This document shows positions 60,969-64,000 of a stretch of DNA of 64,000 nt, in pieces. The notes under the pieces were generated by a model. That model ran no database searches and was not told the DNA's origin. It saw nothing but the letters and a program-made list of their open reading frames with translations. Source of the stretch: an uncultured delta proteobacterium (GTDB taxonomy: Bacteria > Desulfobacterota > Binatia > UBA9968). Where the stretch lies: assembly GCA_963840855.1 (NCBI GenBank), contig CAWJBB010000002.1, positions 32,001 to 96,000 of the forward strand, written 5' to 3'. Both the position numbers and the translations under genes were made by a program. Positions within the stretch are counted from its first letter, which is position 1. Each line of letters opens with the position of its first letter.

Positions 60969-62486
60969 ATGGCCAAAGAAAGGACCAGCGTTCGTATGCG
61001 AGCTCAAATCAAAACCCTGTCCGAACAGGGGCACTCCGTTCGCCGTATTGCCCGGATACTTCGGCTTTCGCGCAGGACGGTGCGGAAGTTTTTGGAGCCC
61101 ACCGCAGAGCCGCCCAGTGAGAGCGGTGGTTGGGTTGAGACGGTTGACTGGGAGTATGTCCGCCAGGAAGTCTATGGCAAAGGGACCACGGTCAAGCAGA
61201 TCCAGCGGGAGGTGGCCCCCGAGACAGGGTATGTAAAGTTTTGGCGTCAGTTTCGGGAAAAGGTTAGTGTGCAAGCCTCACCCGATCAAGTGACTATCCG
61301 GCTTCATCACAAGCCTGCGGAAAAAACCCAGATCGATTTTTCAGACGGTCTGTTTATCACCGAGCGAGGGACGGGAAACAAGACACTGACCCAGTTTTTC
61401 TTAGGGGTTCTGCCCTTCAGCTCGTATACCTTCGGGGAATTCGTTCTAGATCAGAAGCTTTCCACCTTCATCGGGGTCCAGCAGCGCATGTTCGCCTACT
61501 TTGGTGGGATAACCCCCTACGTAGTGGTGGACAATCTCAAGAGCGGTGTCCACAAGGCCGATCTGTACGACCCCGATGTAAATCCCACCTACTGTGATTT
61601 TGCCAATCACATGGGCTTTGCGGTACTGCCGGCCAGACCCTACAAGGCCCGGGACAAGGGCTCTGGGGAATGCCACATCGGAGTGATCCAAAGAGGGTTT
61701 TTCCAGGAGGTCCGTAACCGGGTCTTCTATTCTCTCCAAGATCTCAATCAAACCCTCAGGGAATATCTTCATCGGTTGAACCGCGAGGTGATGAAAGACT
61801 ACGGGGTGAGCCGCAACCAGCGCTTCGAGCAAGAGAAAAAGCAATTAAAGGCCCTGCCACCCTCTCCCTTCGAGTTAAGCGAGTGGCGCCAGGCTAAAGT
61901 CCATCCCGACTGCCATATCCAAGTGGAGAAAAACTTCTACTCGGTCCCCTTTGTCTACGTCAGCCAAAGGGTCCGGGTCAGGCTCACCGAGAAAATTGTG
62001 GAAGTGTTTAGTGAGGACAGCCAGCCCCTTACCGCTCACACCAGACTGATGGGGATCGGACAGTTCTCCACCTATGATTTCCATTATCCCGAAGCCAAGC
62101 TGAGCGTGGCGCGCTTTGAAGTCCGTCACGCTCAAGAACAGGCCAAAAAGCTTGGCCCCCATGTCGAGAAGTTACTCGATGATCTGCTCTCAGGCCAACA
62201 TCCCTTGCGCCATCTAAGACGGGTCCAAGGAATCTTGCGGCTTGCCAAACGCTATCCCATCACGGCTGAAGCTTTGGACCATGCATGCCAGCGGGCGATT
62301 GTCTTCAACAAGACACGGCTCGCCTACATCAAAGACTGCGCCCTTTACTTTGTTAGCCACGGCCAAAGACCCACGCTTCTTCCCCCGCAGAGAAAGCTGG
62401 ATACCGTGCATCTACACCAATACGCTGCCAACTCGGGCTCAGATTCTGAACTGTCGCTGCCGTCGGTGGAGGAGGAACTGCTATGA
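60969..62486 (+). CDS. istA: IS21 transposase
   Basis: N-terminal HTH; 'QIDF', 'VDNLKSGV', 'ARPYKARDKG..E', 'YSVP'. Confidence 0.95.
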   Translation: MAKERTSVRMRAQIKTLSEQGHSVRRIARILRLSRRTVRKFLEPTAEPPSESGGWVETVDWEYVRQEVYGKGTTVKQIQREVAPETGYVKFWRQFREKVSVQASPDQVTIRLHHKPAEKTQIDFSDGLFITERGTGNKTLTQFFLGVLPFSSYTFGEFVLDQKLSTFIGVQQRMFAYFGGITPYVVVDNLKSGVHKADLYDPDVNPTYCDFANHMGFAVLPARPYKARDKGSGECHIGVIQRGFFQEVRNRVFYSLQDLNQTLREYLHRLNREVMKDYGVSRNQRFEQEKKQLKALPPSPFELSEWRQAKVHPDCHIQVEKNFYSVPFVYVSQRVRVRLTEKIVEVFSEDSQPLTAHTRLMGIGQFSTYDFHYPEAKLSVARFEVRHAQEQAKKLGPHVEKLLDDLLSGQHPLRHLRRVQGILRLAKRYPITAEALDHACQRAIVFNKTRLAYIKDCALYFVSHGQRPTLLPPQRKLDTVHLHQYAANSGSDSELSLPSVEEELL

Positions 62487-62645
62487 GCACGAGCTTAAAA
62501 TCCAGCCCCAACCTGATTTTTTACCTCCCAGAGCAGGGAGCAGAGAAAAACGACCTCCACAGAGGCCCTATAAACGACGATCTCGCTTTGACCCATACCT
62601 TGGGTACCCCCCAAAACAGCCGTTTCACCAGGAGGTCTCCCCGCC

Positions 62646-63401
62646 ATGATGCTTGATCAAGTCAGAAACCTTTCCCACCAGATGCGCCTGTTTGGCATCC
62701 ATGAAGCCTGCGAACGGCAAGCCCAGATCGCTTTGTCCCAGCAGCTCCATCCCCTGGAGTTTTTACGCTTGCTGCTCGAAGATGAACTGTTGTCGCGCAA
62801 AGACCGAACCGCCAAGGCGCTGGTGACCAAGGCCCGCTTTCGGTTCCGCGCCGATCTGGAAGACTTAGATTTAGCGTTCCACAAGGATCTGACCAAAGCC
62901 AAGATCAAAGAACTCTGCGAGCTCGGCTTCCTCCATAACCTGGAGAATCTTTTGATTTTAGGTAAAACCGGTTTGGGAAAGACTCATCTAGCGATAGCCT
63001 TGGGAAAACGGCTGTGCCAGGAAGGTCATCCCACGCAATTCTTGCCAGTCAACTTCCTGTTCGAGGAAATCCAAGCTGCCAGGGCCGCCGGCCGTTACCT
63101 CAACTACATCCGTAGTCTCATCAAGGCCAAGGTTTTGATCCTCGATGACCTGGGGTTAAGAAACTATACCCACGAGGAAGCCACTTCCCTGATGGACATC
63201 CTCGAAGAGCGCTACCGCAAGGCTCCCCTCATCGTTACTTCCCAGGTTGAGCCTCAGGGATGGCTCAAACTGTTTGAAGATCCGGTGATCGCCGAGGCCA
63301 TCGTGGATCGGCTGATTCATCCATCTCAGAAAATCACCTTGAAAGGAGAGAAGTCCTATAGAGAAAAACTCACAGAGAAAAAATCAGGATTGAAAAACTA
63401 G
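62646..63401 (+). CDS. istB: IS21 helper ATPase
   Basis: Walker A GKTGLGKTH, Walker B LILDDLG, 'AEAIVDRL'. Confidence 0.95.
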   Translation: MMLDQVRNLSHQMRLFGIHEACERQAQIALSQQLHPLEFLRLLLEDELLSRKDRTAKALVTKARFRFRADLEDLDLAFHKDLTKAKIKELCELGFLHNLENLLILGKTGLGKTHLAIALGKRLCQEGHPTQFLPVNFLFEEIQAARAAGRYLNYIRSLIKAKVLILDDLGLRNYTHEEATSLMDILEERYRKAPLIVTSQVEPQGWLKLFEDPVIAEAIVDRLIHPSQKITLKGEKSYREKLTEKKSGLKN

Positions 63402-63530
63402 GGAGGCTTATTGTAGACAGTCAAGATAACTTCGTCGCTTCGCTCCGCTGAATTGGGTGGTCCCCTTCGTTGAAATCGGGTGGGTCCCTTCAGTGAAATC
63501 GAACAATTTATGCGTTGTCATGGAGTAACA

Positions 63531-64000
63531 TCATCGGATCTGGTCCGTCAGCGAAGAATCTATTAAAGGACAACGGTACTTGTGTTTATGCGTCTCCGCG
63601 TAGTCGTGCGCCCGAAAACATGCTGGAGTGGCACACTGCGACATGTAGCCGTCGCGTCGCAACTTTTGTCTGAAGTTCTCTACGATTTCTTTGTGCCGTA
63701 ATGGCAATTCCTCGAGATCTCCGAAAAGGCTGCACGATTCTATACCTACTTCCGGAAATATTTGTGCTGGAGCATCCGCTAGCCTGGAATACCCGAACGA
63801 CTGATATAAGCTCGCAACCGGAACGTCACATGAACCCAACACATACCTGACACCGTCCTCGCATGCGAGAGCCGCGATGCCGTCAATCAACCCGTAAGCT
63901 AATTTGCTACCCTGTAAGCTGTCGCGACACACGTTCGACTAAACTCCACCATGCCAGAGTGGTGGCTGCCGCTCGGTTTGAGTTTGCGCGAGCACCCCGG
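63531..64000 (-). CDS. GNAT/FeeM-like acyltransferase, partial, frameshift near 63910
   Basis: 'VEFSRTCV..AYR' in one frame joins 'GSKLAYGL..LYQSFGY' in another; runs off the window. Confidence 0.55.

Larger units (their letters stand above)
60817..63505 (+). mobile_element. IS21 family element, 2689 bp
   Basis: Ends TGACCGATTTCAC / GTGAAATCGAACA with internal repeated motifs; 6-bp TSD ATTTAT (60811-60816, 63506-63511). Confidence 0.93.

Overview
GC-rich bacterial chromosomal window. Its gene content (six amidohydrolase-superfamily genes, three LLM-class oxidoreductases, two TctC/Bug proteins, several orphan ABC substrate-binding proteins, two B12-radical SAM genes, pgm, ggt) resembles Candidatus Binatia/deltaproteobacterial soil genomes; this is inference only. 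Main observations: (1) Two divergent AhpD/CMD-family genes (44867-45469, 51927-52484) are each split by an in-frame TGA at the second Cys position of the CxxC motif (CEY-U, CFY-U). Each TGA is followed by a 7-bp hairpin with a G-starting loop, so both are probable selenoproteins missed by the ORF track. (2) A mobile island (~10.2-17.5 kb) has two direct-repeat IS91/ISCR-type ends flanking two glycosyltransferases. An ORF-less ~1.01-kb group IIB intron sits exactly in the oriIS-like motif of the second copy, and its EBS1/EBS2 loops are perfectly complementary to that motif. (3) Two complete IS elements with target-site duplications: a compact IS256-like element inside a heptamer-repeat palindrome, and an IS21. 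(4) A candidate attenuator/riboswitch at 39948-40015. (5) Several families of intergenic palindromic/tandem repeats and MITEs. Many single-base frameshifts suggest assembly indel errors or gene decay.
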